This document shows positions 23,590-34,829 of a DNA stretch of 64,000 nt, one piece after another. Location: positions 231,014,001-231,078,000 of the forward strand of contig NC_086097.1 in NCBI RefSeq assembly GCF_963921235.1, read 5' to 3'. This DNA is from Mobula hypostoma. Taxonomy: Eukaryota. The translations under genes were made by a program, and so were the position numbers. Numbering within the stretch: the first letter of the stretch is position 1; the number at the start of each line of letters is the position of its first letter. The notes beneath the pieces are model-generated. The model worked only from the letters and a program-made list of their open reading frames with translations, was not told the origin of the DNA and made no database searches.

Positions 23590-24370
23590 GAGGGGGAGGG
23601 GGAAAGCAGGTGGGAGCTGTGGGGGAGGGCAGAGCGGGTGGGGGCTGTGGGGGAGGGGGGAGCGGGTGGGGGCTGTGGGGGAGGGCAGAGCGGGTGGGAG
23701 GAGTGGGGGAGGGGGAGCGGGTGGGGTCTGTGGGAGAGGGAGAGCGGGTGGCAGCTGTAGGGGAGGGGGAGCGGGTGGGGTCTGTGGGGGAGGGAGAGCA
23801 GGTGGGAGCTGTGGGGGAGGGGAGAGCAGGTGGGAGCTGTGGGGGAGGGGAGAGCAGGTGGGAGCAATGGGGGAGGGGGGAGCGGGTGGGAGCTGTGGGG
23901 GAGAGGGGGAGCGGGTGGGAGGAGTGGGGAGCGGGTGGGGGCTGTGGGGGAGGGAGAGCGGGTGGGAGGAGTGGGGGAGGGGGAGCGGGTGGGGTCTGTG
24001 GGGGAGGGAGAGCGGGTGGGAGCTGTAGGGGAGGGGGAGCGGGTGGGAGCTGTGGGGGAGGGGAGAGCGGGTGGGAGGAATGGGGGAGGGGGGAGCGGGT
24101 GGGAGCTGTGGGGGAGGGGGGAGCGGGTGGGGGCTGTGGGGGAGGGGAGAGCGGGTGGGAGGAATGGGGGACTGTGGGGGAGGGGAGAGCAGATGGGGGA
24201 GAGTGGGTGGGGGAGGGGAGAGTGGGTGGGAGGAGTGGGGAGCGGGTGGGGGCAGTGGGGGAGGGGGGAGCGGGTGGGAGGAGTGGGGGAGGGGGGAGTG
24301 GGTGGGAGCTGTGGGGGAGGGGAGAACGGATGGGAGGAGTGGGGGAGAAGAACCAGTGGGAGGAGTGGGT
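23590..24370 (+). repeat. G-rich minisatellite, unit about 27 bp (GTGGGAGCTGTGGGGGAGGGGGAGCGG and variants)
   Basis: Visible tandem periodicity; accounts for the overlapping Pro-rich and Gly-rich ORFs. Confidence 0.95.
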
Positions 24371-24399
24371 GGGCATTGTGCAGATGGATGGGATGTAAG

Positions 24400-24740
24400 A
24401 GCCGTAAGAGGCATGGTAATGGAGACCAGGTAGCTCAGAAGGAACGAGAAATGAACAGAGAGGGAGCAGTCACCAGAAGTAGAACAATTCAATACTTAAT
24501 TGAATGCTGCTGGGTTATAGACTATGCAGGCAGAGTATGAGGCATTGTCCCTTTAGTTTGCATTTCCCCTCACCCTGGCAGTGGAGGAGGCCAAGGCCAG
24601 ACACGTCAGTGTGTGAATGGGGAAGAGAATTAAAATGGCTGGCAACCAGGAGATCAAAATGTCAGTGGCAGAGTGCAGGTGCTCGGTAACGTCTCACCAA
24701 TGTGGAGTAGGCCACAACGAGAGCACCCGGTGAGATAAAT
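24400..24740 (-). mobile_element. Old Penelope-like GIY-YIG fragment, with its UTR continuing at 23495-23590
   Basis: Reverse complement GATCTCCTGGTTGCCAGCCATTTTAATTCTCTTCCCCATTCACACACTGAC parallels 31243-31295. Confidence 0.7.
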
Positions 24741-25371
24741 AATGCCGTGGGCTATGCATGTGTACATCTGCCAGACATACGGACCTCACTTATGTGTACC
24801 TTACACCATCAATTCATCGATTCCTGCCTCAGGCACCTGGGCAGCAACTTTTGTGTCCGCTGCTGTGCACCACTGACATATGGCTCGAGGGCAAGTAAGA
24901 AGTACAAGGAAACTGTGATAATCCTATTCAACCACCATCTTGTAGGGGTTCTGCCAATTCCACCTAACTGTGAAACCATCAGAGCCTTTGAAAACCTTAT
25001 GGCCCCAATTTTATTTTTCTCTGCTGATTGTTTTGGTTTGGCTTGCATTCTTTGAGAAAAATAGCAGGGAAGAAATTAATAGATTTATTAGAATCTAAAT
25101 GAAATAGATTTATTAAGTGAGAAGACAGAATTGATTAACACAAACTACTGCATTACACTGGAAATCATCTATATAAAACAATTATATAACACACTTCAAC
25201 TACAATCTGACTAGTCTGTTATGCTCAATGAGTCGTGGTTTGGGGTAGGAAGCATGCTTTGAAGCATCCAATTTATTCTGTTGCTTTACTCTTCCTCTCA
25301 TCTATGAAACACAACACCTGGCTTCACTTTGTAATATTTGAATCAGTTTTGCCGTTACCTTACACAACATG

Positions 25372-25625
25372 CTGGGGTGGCGTGGTAGCGTAGTTGTTCT
25401 CACAAAGGTTTACAGTACAGGCAAGCTTGGTTCAATTTCCGATGCTGCCTGTAAGGAGTTTGTATGTTTTCCCTGTATTTTATCCATTTTCCTCCCACAA
25501 GCCAAGGGCCTATACCAGTTGGTAGGTTAAGTAATCATTGTGATGTATCCCGTGATTAGGCTAGGGTTAAATTGTTGGGTTGCTGTGTAACCGTAAGGGC
25601 CTACTCTACACTGTATCTCAATCAA
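25372..25625 (+). mobile_element. V-SINE (HE1-like), decayed
   Basis: tRNA-like head GGTGGCGTGGTAGCGTAG..GGTTCAATTTCC; GTAAGGAGTTTGTATGTT..TTTCCTCCCACA; related copies at 31925-32135 and 40210-40430. Confidence 0.75.
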
Positions 25626-25681
25626 TCTATCAAACTTACTCGTCTGTTGATAGATTATATATATATATATATATACACACA

Positions 25682-25935
25682 CAAGATCAGACTCCTGCAT
25701 GCATTGGTAGTCTCCATCTTCCTGTATACACGTGAGACATGGACCCTCACAGCAGAGGTACAGATACAGGCATTGGAAATGAGATGCTATCGCAACATCT
25801 TGGCTATCTCATACTTTGACCACATTACAAATGAGCACGTCCGCAAGACCATCCAGCACCACATTGCCCCCATGAAGACCTTCTGACAACGGTGAAGAAA
25901 AGAAAGCTGAGATGGTACGGCCACGTAACGAGATC
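25682..25935 (+). mobile_element. RTE-clade LINE fragment between (TA)n and (CA)n microsatellites
   Basis: KIRLLHALVVSIFLY..ETWTL..EMRCYRNIL.ISY.DHITNE.V, then KRKLRWYGHV. Confidence 0.82.
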
Positions 25936-25974
25936 AAGTGTATGTATGTATATAGGTGTGTATATACATACACA

Positions 25975-26014
<40 letters not shown>

Positions 26015-26246
26015 ATCTGAGGCAAAATAGTTTCAGGACAAATTATTGTAACCTTGCTATGTTAAATTTGGCAATTTAATTGACACATTTAATGAGAGAT
26101 CATCATTAATAAAGAATTCCACAAATCAAAATCAGAATTAGGCTTAATATCAGCGGTATGTGTTGTGAAATTTGTTAACTTTGTGGAAGCAGTACAATAC
26201 ATGATAGTATACAGAAAAAAGAAAAAACTGCATTACAATAAGTATG

Positions 26247-27211
26247 TGTATTAAGACGGGGTCTTGAATTACCCCTATGAACTGTGCTTCTGAAAAGAGA
26301 GACAGAGAGCTATTTAACACCGACATGTTGTTTTGAAAAGAGAGAGAGAGATGAAGAATAACTTTTGAACTGTCACTTTAAGACACTGGGAGTAACTTTT
26401 GGATTTCTGCTGAGTTGGAGAGAGACAGCACCGAGCAGCTCGTAATTTGCTATGGTGACCGAGGGTGGCGTTATTTGAAGGACAATCGATGTTATGATTT
26501 TTCGGCAGCGTGTTTATACTTCCCAAGGACATTTGCCTGCTAGTGCATTTCTTACACAGACAAAGGAAGGAGGAGCTATTTGAGAGACAGTTGGTACTCA
26601 GAACGGTGAGATAAATAGGAGGTCAGATGATAGACCTCAGGCACATGTTTTTGGACACTGAATGAGCTCTGTTGTGCCCGCAGGAAAAGTGGGTTTTTGG
26701 AGGATTGATCAGGCGGATCGATCAGTCGCTCTTGCAGTGAGAAAAGGGATTGACTGGTGGGAAGTTGTTCATGTGTCCACCCTTGCCTGGGTTGATAGTT
26801 CCAGAAAACTGGTCCCCTTTGTTGTGGTCACAGTCGGTGACTTTCAAAGGATTTCGGAGGACAACGAGAAGACTGATGGGGTCAGCTCACCTGAAGACTC
26901 AAATCTCTCCCTCTCTCTCTCTCCATCACTACTCAACTCAGTACCACGAATTGAACTAAACTGAGCTTTACTCATCATCGTAAGACTGTATCTATTTACC
27001 ACTAGACTTGAAGAAGCTTGATTTTCACATATTTCCACACTTACTGATTTACTTATATATATATAATCATTGCTAACCTGTTTGATTTATCTACATTTAT
27101 ATTACTGTATTGCATAGTTACTAATAAATATTATTAGTTAATAGTAATACTGGACTCCAAAGTGTTTTCCACCTCTGCTGGTTCTTTATTCCCGTCATGG
27201 GGTACGTGACA
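26247..27211 (+). mobile_element. Probable solo LTR (about 965 bp)
   Basis: TGT...GTGACA termini; flanks GTATG and GTATA (5-bp TSD, one mismatch); AATAAA at 27123; interrupts a LINE 3' UTR that resumes on the other side; no coding remnant. Confidence 0.7.
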
Positions 27212-27796
27212 GTATATATAGTGCAACAAAACATAGAAGTTAAAAAAGTAGTGAGGTAGTGTTCATGGGTTCAATGTCCATTTAGCAACTGGATGCCAGA
27301 GGGGAAGAAGCTGTTCCTGAGTCGCTGACTGTGTGCCTTCAGGCTTCTGTACCTCCTTCCTGAATATAACAATGAAAAGAGGGCATGTCCTGGGTGGTGG
27401 GAAGGTGTGTCCTTAATGATGGACACCATCTTTTTGAGGCAAAAAAGCCTAAAATAATAAAGCCGTATCTCTTATTTAGTCTAAGCCTGGGAATACATTA
27501 TGTTTTTGAAAATGTATGTTAGCATGTGTCCAGTCAGATGTCATCATAGACATGTGATGTCCAATCAACTGATGAGTACATAAAATGAGTGCTGTCATTT
27601 CCTCAAACCTTTCACTTTAAATTACTCTGGGTTGTTTACCGACCTTTCTATTCATTCCATCACAACACTTCAACCTGCGTAACACAATAAAAAATAGAAC
27701 GTTTATCACAGATGATGAAATGCAAGGAACTGGGGACATATTTTGATTTGCTCAGTCACAAACCTTGAAATTAATAAATAAGTAAAATTGAGAGCT

Positions 27797-28202
27797 CTTC
27801 CAAGAGGACCACAACCTTGTCATGGTTTGGAGGCTTGTGTGCCTCAATGACCCGCAGAGCGATGCTGGCTGGAGTCAGGGCTTTATGCTTTGGCTCTTGG
27901 TAGGGTCGCACATGCCAAACAGGTCAAAGGGTAGAGGCCAGACTAAGAGTGGTCCTCCAGTCATCCAGGTTCAGGGGTTCAGCTCAGGGCTGACAACCCT
28001 GACTGGTAAAACACAATTGTTATGGATAAAGCAATGAAGAATCATTCTACATCTGTGTGCAACAGATCCACCCAGGACTTGCATGACTGACAGTAGTGAA
28101 ATCTGAAATGAAGCTCTGATGAAGGAAGCCCTGAACACCACCAGAGATAGAGGACCTTCATTGCTGCCCTAAACGCTAGTGGCATAACGGGCAGTAAGGA
28201 GT
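27797..28202 (+). mobile_element. Short non-autonomous retroelement, probably RTE-derived, 9-bp TSD
   Basis: TSD TTGAGAGCT at 27788-27796 and 28203-28211; sister of 14128-14455. Confidence 0.8.
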
Positions 28203-28212
28203 TTGAGAGCTA

Positions 28213-28282
28213 CAGTATCATGCAAAAGTCTTATGCACCTTAGCTGTATATATACAGTACCTAAAACTTTTGCACAGTACTG
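28213..28282. mobile_element. 70-bp Tc1/mariner-type MITE
   Basis: Inverted ends CAGTATCATGCAAAAGTCTTATGCAC and GTACCTAAAACTTTTGCACAGTACTG, flanked by TA on both sides. Confidence 0.8.
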
Positions 28283-28609
28283 TATCTGTATAATAAGTGA
28301 CTAAACAGCTACTGACAATGGCAAGGACAATGGAAAATTCGCTTTACCAATTTCCTTGACCTGGGTGAGAAGTTAGCCTCTGGGACGGTTGAAGTTGACA
28401 GTACAATGGTTGGAAGAGGAAGGGGAGTAAACGGCCTCATTGCTTTCGGAAATAACGAGCGCCCACTGGAGTTCCAAAATGGTGGAGTCAGCAGATCGGG
28501 AGAATGGGTAAAACATGTCAGATACTAACTCGATACATGCGTTGGTACAGGTATTATTTATTCTGCAAATATGCAAACCAGTGAGCAATGCTAATTTGAT
28601 TCCAGAGCT

Positions 28610-29225
28610 GTCATTGTGGAGGGTGGGAGATATTGCAACAACCTCCGCACAAACACTTCCCTGCACCGTCAAGCCCCACCCAGAAAATGTGGGATCTCCT
28701 GGTGGCCACCACTTCAATTCTACTTCCCATTCCGATTCCAACATGTCAGTCCATGGCCTCCTCTACTGCCACGATGAGGCCACACTCAGGATGGAGGAGC
28801 AACACCCTATATTCACCTGGGTAGCCTCCAACCTCACGGCATGAACATCAATTTCTCAAACTTCCAGTAATTGCCTCCCCTTTCCTTCATCATTCTCCAT
28901 TCCCGTTCCTCTCTCTCACCTTATCTCCTTACCTGCCCATCACCGCCCTCTGATGCTCCGCCCTCTGATGCTCCTCCCCCTTCCCTTTCTTCCACGGCCT
29001 TCTGTCCTCTCCTATCAGATTCCCCTTCTCCAGCCCTTTATCTCTTTCACCAATTGACTTCCTAGTTCTTTACTTCACCTCTCTCCCCCCCATTCCTCCT
29101 ATCACAGATTACCTTGTACTTCTTCCTCCCCTCCCCCCACTACGTTATTCTGACTTCACATCTCTTTTTACCAGTCCTGATGAAGGGCCTCGGCCTGAAA
29201 CGTCAACTGTTTACTCTTTTCCATT
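28610..29225 (+). mobile_element. Penelope-like fragment: decayed GIY-YIG C-terminus, 3' UTR and hammerhead
   Basis: HFNSTSHSDSNMSVHGLLYCHDEATLRMEEQH in ORF 28515..28844; hammerhead core at 29172-29209. Confidence 0.85.
29172..29209 (+). ncRNA. Minimal type I hammerhead ribozyme motif (core intact, one helix I mismatch)
   Basis: CAGTC-CTGATGA-A-GGGC(CTCG)GCCT-GAAAC-GTC^AACTG. Confidence 0.68.
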
Positions 29226-30394
29226 GGTGCTCCCAGGGATGTTTGTTCTGTTGTGGATTTCTCTTAGAATCGAGGACGAATTGGGGATTAAGCAGAGGAT
29301 ACGCAAAGCAGGGAAAAACCTTTGTAAGAAGAGAACGGAATGGCAAAAGAGCTGGAGAAGCCAGCTCTATCCCCACATCGTGCTTGATAGAAATTTACCT
29401 GACTGTGCATGTCCCTGCAGATGTACTGTCAGAGCTCTCTGCTGTTTGTTAATCATTAGATGTTTTGTTGATTAAGCCAGCCATATATCAAAATTATTAT
29501 AACCATGTACAGACCTCCTCAAACTTAGTTTCGATGATTTAATCTTTAATGGGAGGAGAACTGATGAAATTGCTGTTTCACATTGACTAAATTCTACAGG
29601 AGCAGCAAAATAATATACTTGTTAAAACACTTAATGCTCAAACAGCCAGTTATTAAATGTCAGCAGACAGAATCACAGAGCAATTCCCAATTTTACGCTC
29701 CAGCAAGGCAAAGCTTGGCAAATTTAATTAAGTGCAAAGAAGTTCATTTGCACTCCTTGATTTAGATTAAAGTAGTTTGCAGCAATTTTATCTGACTGTC
29801 CTAAAAATAAGCATTGGAACATTATAGTTTTAATTGTATCACATAGTGCCAGCATCTTTTTAAATTTCCTCTCATTTATTTGCCTCTCGTTTTCATTTAC
29901 TGCCACTTGTGTTATTGCTTCTTTATCTCCAACTAATCACAGACATTTTCATAAGTTATCCTGCTCCATCTAATTCTCTGCCACTGAAAACATTTCACTT
30001 CTAAGTTTTCTCAGTTCTGATGGAAGGTCACTGAACTGAAACAATGACTTTGTATATCTCTCTCCCATCTTCTGAGCATTTGACGTTCACATAGTTCTCT
30101 ATGGAAGATGAAGAAGAGTTGATTGCAAAATCAAGCACCTGCCACAGAATTTCTCTCACGGGCAAGTCTTCCCAGGAACGACACAATTCTGATGAGATAA
30201 CTGAAGAAGTGGGGAGGCTGCATTACAAGATGATAGATGAGTAATTGCCAGAGAGAGGTCTTCTAAAGTGAACAAAAGGAGGAAATACATTCTCAGAGAA
30301 GCCACAGTAAGTGTTTTATGGAATTCATCAAATCATTCCTTGAAAGAGTTTAACAGCAAACTCTGTAACATGGGAGGATCTTGTTCATGATCAC

Positions 30395-30820
30395 AAACAC
30401 AAGGGATTCTGCAGATGCTGGAAATCCAGTGTGCTGGAGGAACTCAGCTGGTCAGGAATACAGAGCTGACCCTCTGGGCTGAGACTCTTCATCAGGACTG
30501 GGAAGGAAGGGGGAAGAAGCCAGAATAAGAAGGTTGGGAAGGAGGGGCAGGAGGACAAGCTGGAAGGTAATGGCCCACTCTCTTCTCCTATCAGATTCCT
30601 CCTTATTCAGTGCTTTACCTTTTCAACCTGTCACCTCCATGCTTCTCACTTCACTCCCCCTCCTCCACCCAGCTGGCCCCACCTATCATCTGTCAGTTAT
30701 ACACCTTCCCCTCCCCCACCTTCTTATTCTGGCCTCTTCCCCCTTCCTTTCCAGACTCTTTATTTCACTGCAGAGTTGCTTCCTGACCTGCTGAGTTCCT
30801 TCTGCATCTTGTGTGTGTTA
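30395..30820. mobile_element. Penelope-like inverted pair of terminal repeats, decayed
   Basis: GAAGGGGGAAGAAGCCAGAATAAGAAGG on the left mirrors CCTTCTTATTCTGGCCTCTTCCCCTTC on the right; GGAACTCAGC mirrors GCTGAGTTCC. Confidence 0.75.
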
Positions 30821-31009
30821 CTCTTGCTCGTGATAATGACTTTTGGCAAAGGTTCAGCCAAACAGGAGCTGCAATCAATGCTCGGAGGAAAGCCACTGAA
30901 GTATAAAGGAGCAAACAACAGGAATTCTGCAGGTGCTGGAAATTCAAGCCACACACATCAAAGTTGCTGGTGAACGCAGCAGGCCAGGCAGCATCTCTAG
31001 GAAGAGGTA

Positions 31010-31047
31010 CAGTCGACATTTCAGGCCGAGACCCTTCGTCAGGACTA
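31010..31047 (-). ncRNA. Minimal hammerhead ribozyme motif with a C-to-T change in helix III
   Basis: Minus strand TAGTC-CTGACGA-A-GGGT(CTCG)GCCT-GAAAT-GTC^GACTG. Confidence 0.6.
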
Positions 31048-31167
31048 ACTGAAGGAAGAGTGAGTAAGGGATTTGAAAGTTGGAGGGGGAGGGGGAGATA
31101 GACATGTCATAGAGATCCTGCTTTCTCTGGCGGACAGAGCGTAGGTGTTCAGCAAAGCGGTCTTTTA

Positions 31168-31422
31168 TATATTGGCGAGACCCGACACAGACTGGGAGAC
31201 CGCTTTGCTGAACACCTACGCTCTGTCTGCCAGAGAAAGCAGGATCTCCTAGTGGCCACACATTTTAATTCCACATCCCATTCCCATTCTGACATGTCTG
31301 TCCACGGCCTCCTCTACTGTAAAGATGAAGCCACACTCAGGTTGGAGGAACAACACCTCATATTCCGTCTGGGTAGCCTCCAACCTGATGGCATGAACAT
31401 CGACTTCTCTAACTTCTGCTAA
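31168..31422 (+). pseudogene. GIY-YIG endonuclease fragment of a Penelope-like element
   Basis: Manual translation YIGETRHRLGDRFAEHLRSV...ATHFNSTSHSHSDM...RLEEQHLIFRLGSLQPDGMNIDFSNFC*, with the YIG, R, E and N motif residues. Confidence 0.9.
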
Positions 31423-31700
31423 TGCCCCACCTCCCCCTCGTACCCCATCTGTTTTTATACACACATTCTTTCTCTCACTCTCCTTTTTCTCCCTCTGTCC
31501 CTCTGACTATACCCCTTGCCCATCCTCTGGGTCCCCCCCCCTTGTCTTTCTTCCCGGACCTCCTGTCCCATGATCCTCTCATATCCCTTTTGCCTATCAC
31601 CTGTCCAGCTCTCGGCTCTATCCCTCCCCCTCCTGTCTTCTCCTATCATTTTGGATCTCCCCCTCCCCCTTTCAAATCTCTTACTAACTCTTCCTTCAGT

Positions 31701-31738
31701 TAGTCCTGACGAAGGGTCTCGGCCTGAAACGTCGACTG
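31701..31738 (+). ncRNA. Minimal type I hammerhead ribozyme motif, intact
   Basis: TAGTC-CTGACGA-A-GGGT(CTCG)GCCT-GAAAC-GTC^GACTG: CUGANGA and GAAA cores, GUC site, helix I AGTC/GACT, palindromic ACGT helix III as described for Penelope hammerheads. Confidence 0.8.
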
Positions 31739-31924
31739 TACCTCTTCCTAGAGATGCTGCCTGGCCTGCTGCGTTCACCAGCAACTTTGATGTGTGTTGC
31801 ATGAAGTATAAAGGAGAATGATAAGTCTTATAAGAGCAGAACATCTGCTGCTAGTCATGCAATCCAAAGTGGTATCTCTTGTTCAGTTCACTTTACAAAG
31901 TGAACTTCCTCTCCATTTTATTAT

Positions 31925-32135
31925 TTATTGGGGTACAGCTTGGAATAGGCCTTTCTGGCCCTCTGAGCCACGCCACCCAGCAATTCCCTGATTTAATCCT
32001 AGCCTAATCATGGGCCAATTTACAATGGCCAATTAACCCTACCAATTGGTATGTCTTTGGACTGTGGAAGGAAACCAGAGCCCCCGGAGGAAACCTACGT
32101 GGTCACGGAGAAAACATGCAAGCTCCTAACAGGCA
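31925..32135 (-). mobile_element. V-SINE (HE1-like)
   Basis: Reverse complement contains GTAGGTTTCCTCCGGGGGCTCTGGTTTCCTTCCACAGTCCAAAGAC. Confidence 0.78.
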
Positions 32136-32334
32136 GTGCTCACAGGCATTAAACCAACACAAACAACAAACATAAGGCAAAATGAGTAACATGTATTAAG
32201 TAGCTTATAATATGCAATTTATTTAGTGCCTTCCATAATATCAGGACATCCAGAAGTATTTTATAGTAAAGCAACTGAAGGTATATTTTTTGAAGTGTGT
32301 TATGTATGCAAGAACTGCTTTTATTCTTAATAAG

Positions 32335-33080
32335 TCATAGAGAAGTACAGCACAGAAAAAGGCCCTTCTAGTTCATGCTGAAACCATTTAGCTGCCTACT
32401 CCCATCAACCTGCACTAGGACCACAGCCCTACATATCCCTAATATCCATGTACCTATCCAAACTTCTCTTAAACATTTAAATCAAGCTTGCATGCACTAC
32501 TTGTGCTGCCAGCTCGTTCCACACACTCGCGACCCTCTGAGTGCAGACATTTCCCCTCATGTTCCCCTTAAACCTCTCACCTTTCACCCTTAACCCATGA
32601 CCTCTGGTTGCGGTCCAAAAAGCCTGTTTGTATTTACCCTATCAAGACCGCTGATAATTTTGTATACCTCTATCAAATCTCCTCTCAATCTTCTAAAGAA
32701 TACAGTCCTAACCTATTCAATCTTTCCTTATAACTCAAGTCCTCCAGACCTGGCAACATCCTTGTAAGTTTTTTCTGTACTCTTTCAACCTTGTTTATAC
32801 CCTTCCTGTAGGTAGGTGACCAATACTCCAAGTTAGGCCTCACCAATCTCTTATAAACTTTAACATAACATCCCATCTCCTGTACTAAATACTTTGATTT
32901 AAGAAGGCCAATGTGTCAAAAGCTTTCTTTATGACCCTCTTTACCTGTGATGCCACTTTCAACTAATTCCCAGATCCCTTTGTCGTACTACACTCCTCAG
33001 TTCATTGTGTAAGACCTACCCTAGTTGGTTCTACAAAAGTGCAAACCCTCACACTTGTCTGCATTAAATTCCATCTGCTA
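32335..33080 (-). mobile_element. CR1 3' fragment
   Basis: ORF 32685..32876 LVRPNLEY..ERVQKKLTRMLPGLEDLSYKERLNRLGLYSLE. Confidence 0.85.
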
Positions 33081-33974
33081 TGTGTTACCTATATTTCATG
33101 GGTAAAGTGAGAATGGTACAAAGCACTTCATGTGAGACACATTTAACACCTCAGGGTCACGTGTTGCTCACTGACAATAATTTGCCTCCAAACTGGAGGT
33201 TCTGGTTTCAGACGTCACTCCAGAGACTGAGAAACAGATCTAGGCTAGAGAGACCGCTGCATTGTTGGAGGGGCTGACATTCAGCTATTGAACTGAAGTT
33301 CTCTCTGCTTCTTAGATAAATACCACTGGTCCCATGGGCTTGTTTCATAGAAGATCAGAGCAATTTGCTCACATGCTGGGGCCAATATTTATCCCATAGT
33401 CAATCCAAGTGTTATGTTTAATTTTTGTTAAATTTTTAATTGGACATGTTAATTTGCCCTGAAGCTATTTGTCTCAGACTGAATGAGCATCATGTAAAAT
33501 GCAGACTGCAAAGCCAAGTACTCAGAAACTGCATTTCCTATTCCACCTAATTAGATCCCCTGAATTGCTGACATTTACAACAACCTCTCCTTTTATGTCT
33601 AGCAATGGGCTTTCAGAGCTTCAGTCCTGCCCTTTGATCACTGATTTGTGATTCCATTTCTAAATTTGAGCTGTTAACAAAAGTCTTTATTAGGCTTACA
33701 ACTGAACTGAGGGGAGATCATTTTGGCTGTGACCGTTTACTCAGGAACACAAAACAGGAAATGCTGGAAATACTGTATAGGGCAAGTAGCAACTGCGGAG
33801 AAAAACTGACTTCAGGTTGTTGATACTTCATTACAAGTGCCACTTATTCTGTGATGTTTTTATAGTTCAGAGGAGAAGATAAACTGATGTCAGACAGCCA
33901 GTATTAAGCTACTGCAAGAAAGAGGTCAGTACACCAAACAAGAGATCCCCTCTTGTCAGAAAACAATGTTAGGG

Positions 33975-34181
33975 GCAACACTCACAAAATGCTGGAGGAA
34001 CTCGGCATATCAGACAGCATCTACGGAGGGGAATAAACAGTCAACTTTGGGCTGAGACCCTTTGTCAGGACTCTAAGGCCCAGTTCTGTTGAAGGGTCTT
34101 GGCACGAAATATCAACTGTTTATTCCTCTCCACTCATGCTGCCTGACCGGCTGAGTTCCTCCAGCATTTTGTAGGTGTTGC
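33975..34181. mobile_element. Fold-back element of two inverted Penelope-type termini (arms about 100 bp)
   Basis: 33975-34072 is an imperfect reverse complement of 34082-34181; each arm carries a degenerate hammerhead next to the short spacer. Confidence 0.8.
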
Positions 34182-34829
34182 TCTGAGCAAGTGGAGAGAG
34201 AAAAATAAGGCTTTTTTCTACTGTTTACTTAATCATTAACACCAGTAGACATCACTTGCAGTTACTTCATAACATCTGTGAATCAGGGTTCCTTGGCACG
34301 AGACACGCTTATATAAAAGCCAATAAAAGTCTTCACCCTGCTCACCCCCAAATCTTCCCAAACCAACTCCTACCTCAGGCACCCGCAGTCTTCTGTTCTG
34401 TATGTCACATGTTAGAAAGATATTAAGGTTGTCAGATTAAGACTAACAAGAATGGTACCAAATGTCAGAGTATTTCATCTCATGTTTTTTGAGGTGAGTA
34501 AGTTTGCCAAAAAACCAACCAAGGTGAGATACTAATAAAATGAAAACCATGGGGATATCAAGGAACACCATTACACTGAAATATGGAAAGATATACAGAA
34601 AGTGCAAGGAATACTCAGCTGGTCAAACAGCATCTGTAAGGGAGAAAAATAGAGTCAACATGTCAGGATAATGACCCTTCATCAGAACACAAGAATGGAA
34701 ACTAAAACCCATTGAAGGTAGCAAGATAACAAAGAGATACACATATCCCTCAGGAATCAGGAGAGCTAAAAGAAAACACACGGCAAAACAGCAGTGAGGT
34801 CATGGCACATATCGAGATTACAGAGGACT

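Larger units (their letters stand above)
30912..31801 (+). mobile_element. Young Penelope-like insertion: inverted terminal repeat, GIY-YIG endonuclease C-terminus, terminal repeat; 15-bp TSD
   Basis: TSD TGAAGTATAAAGGAG at 30897-30911 and 31802-31816; arm ~30950-31099 is the reverse complement of ~31652-31799; stop-free frame at 31168-31422. Confidence 0.93.

Noticed and set aside
23590..24370. CRISPR-like or telomeric array
   Set aside because: No unique spacers and no TTAGGG units; eukaryotic minisatellite.
23365..24540. Long Pro-rich and Gly-rich ORFs (up to 375 aa) in several frames
   Set aside because: Artefact of a stop-poor G-rich minisatellite; open on both strands with no domain content.
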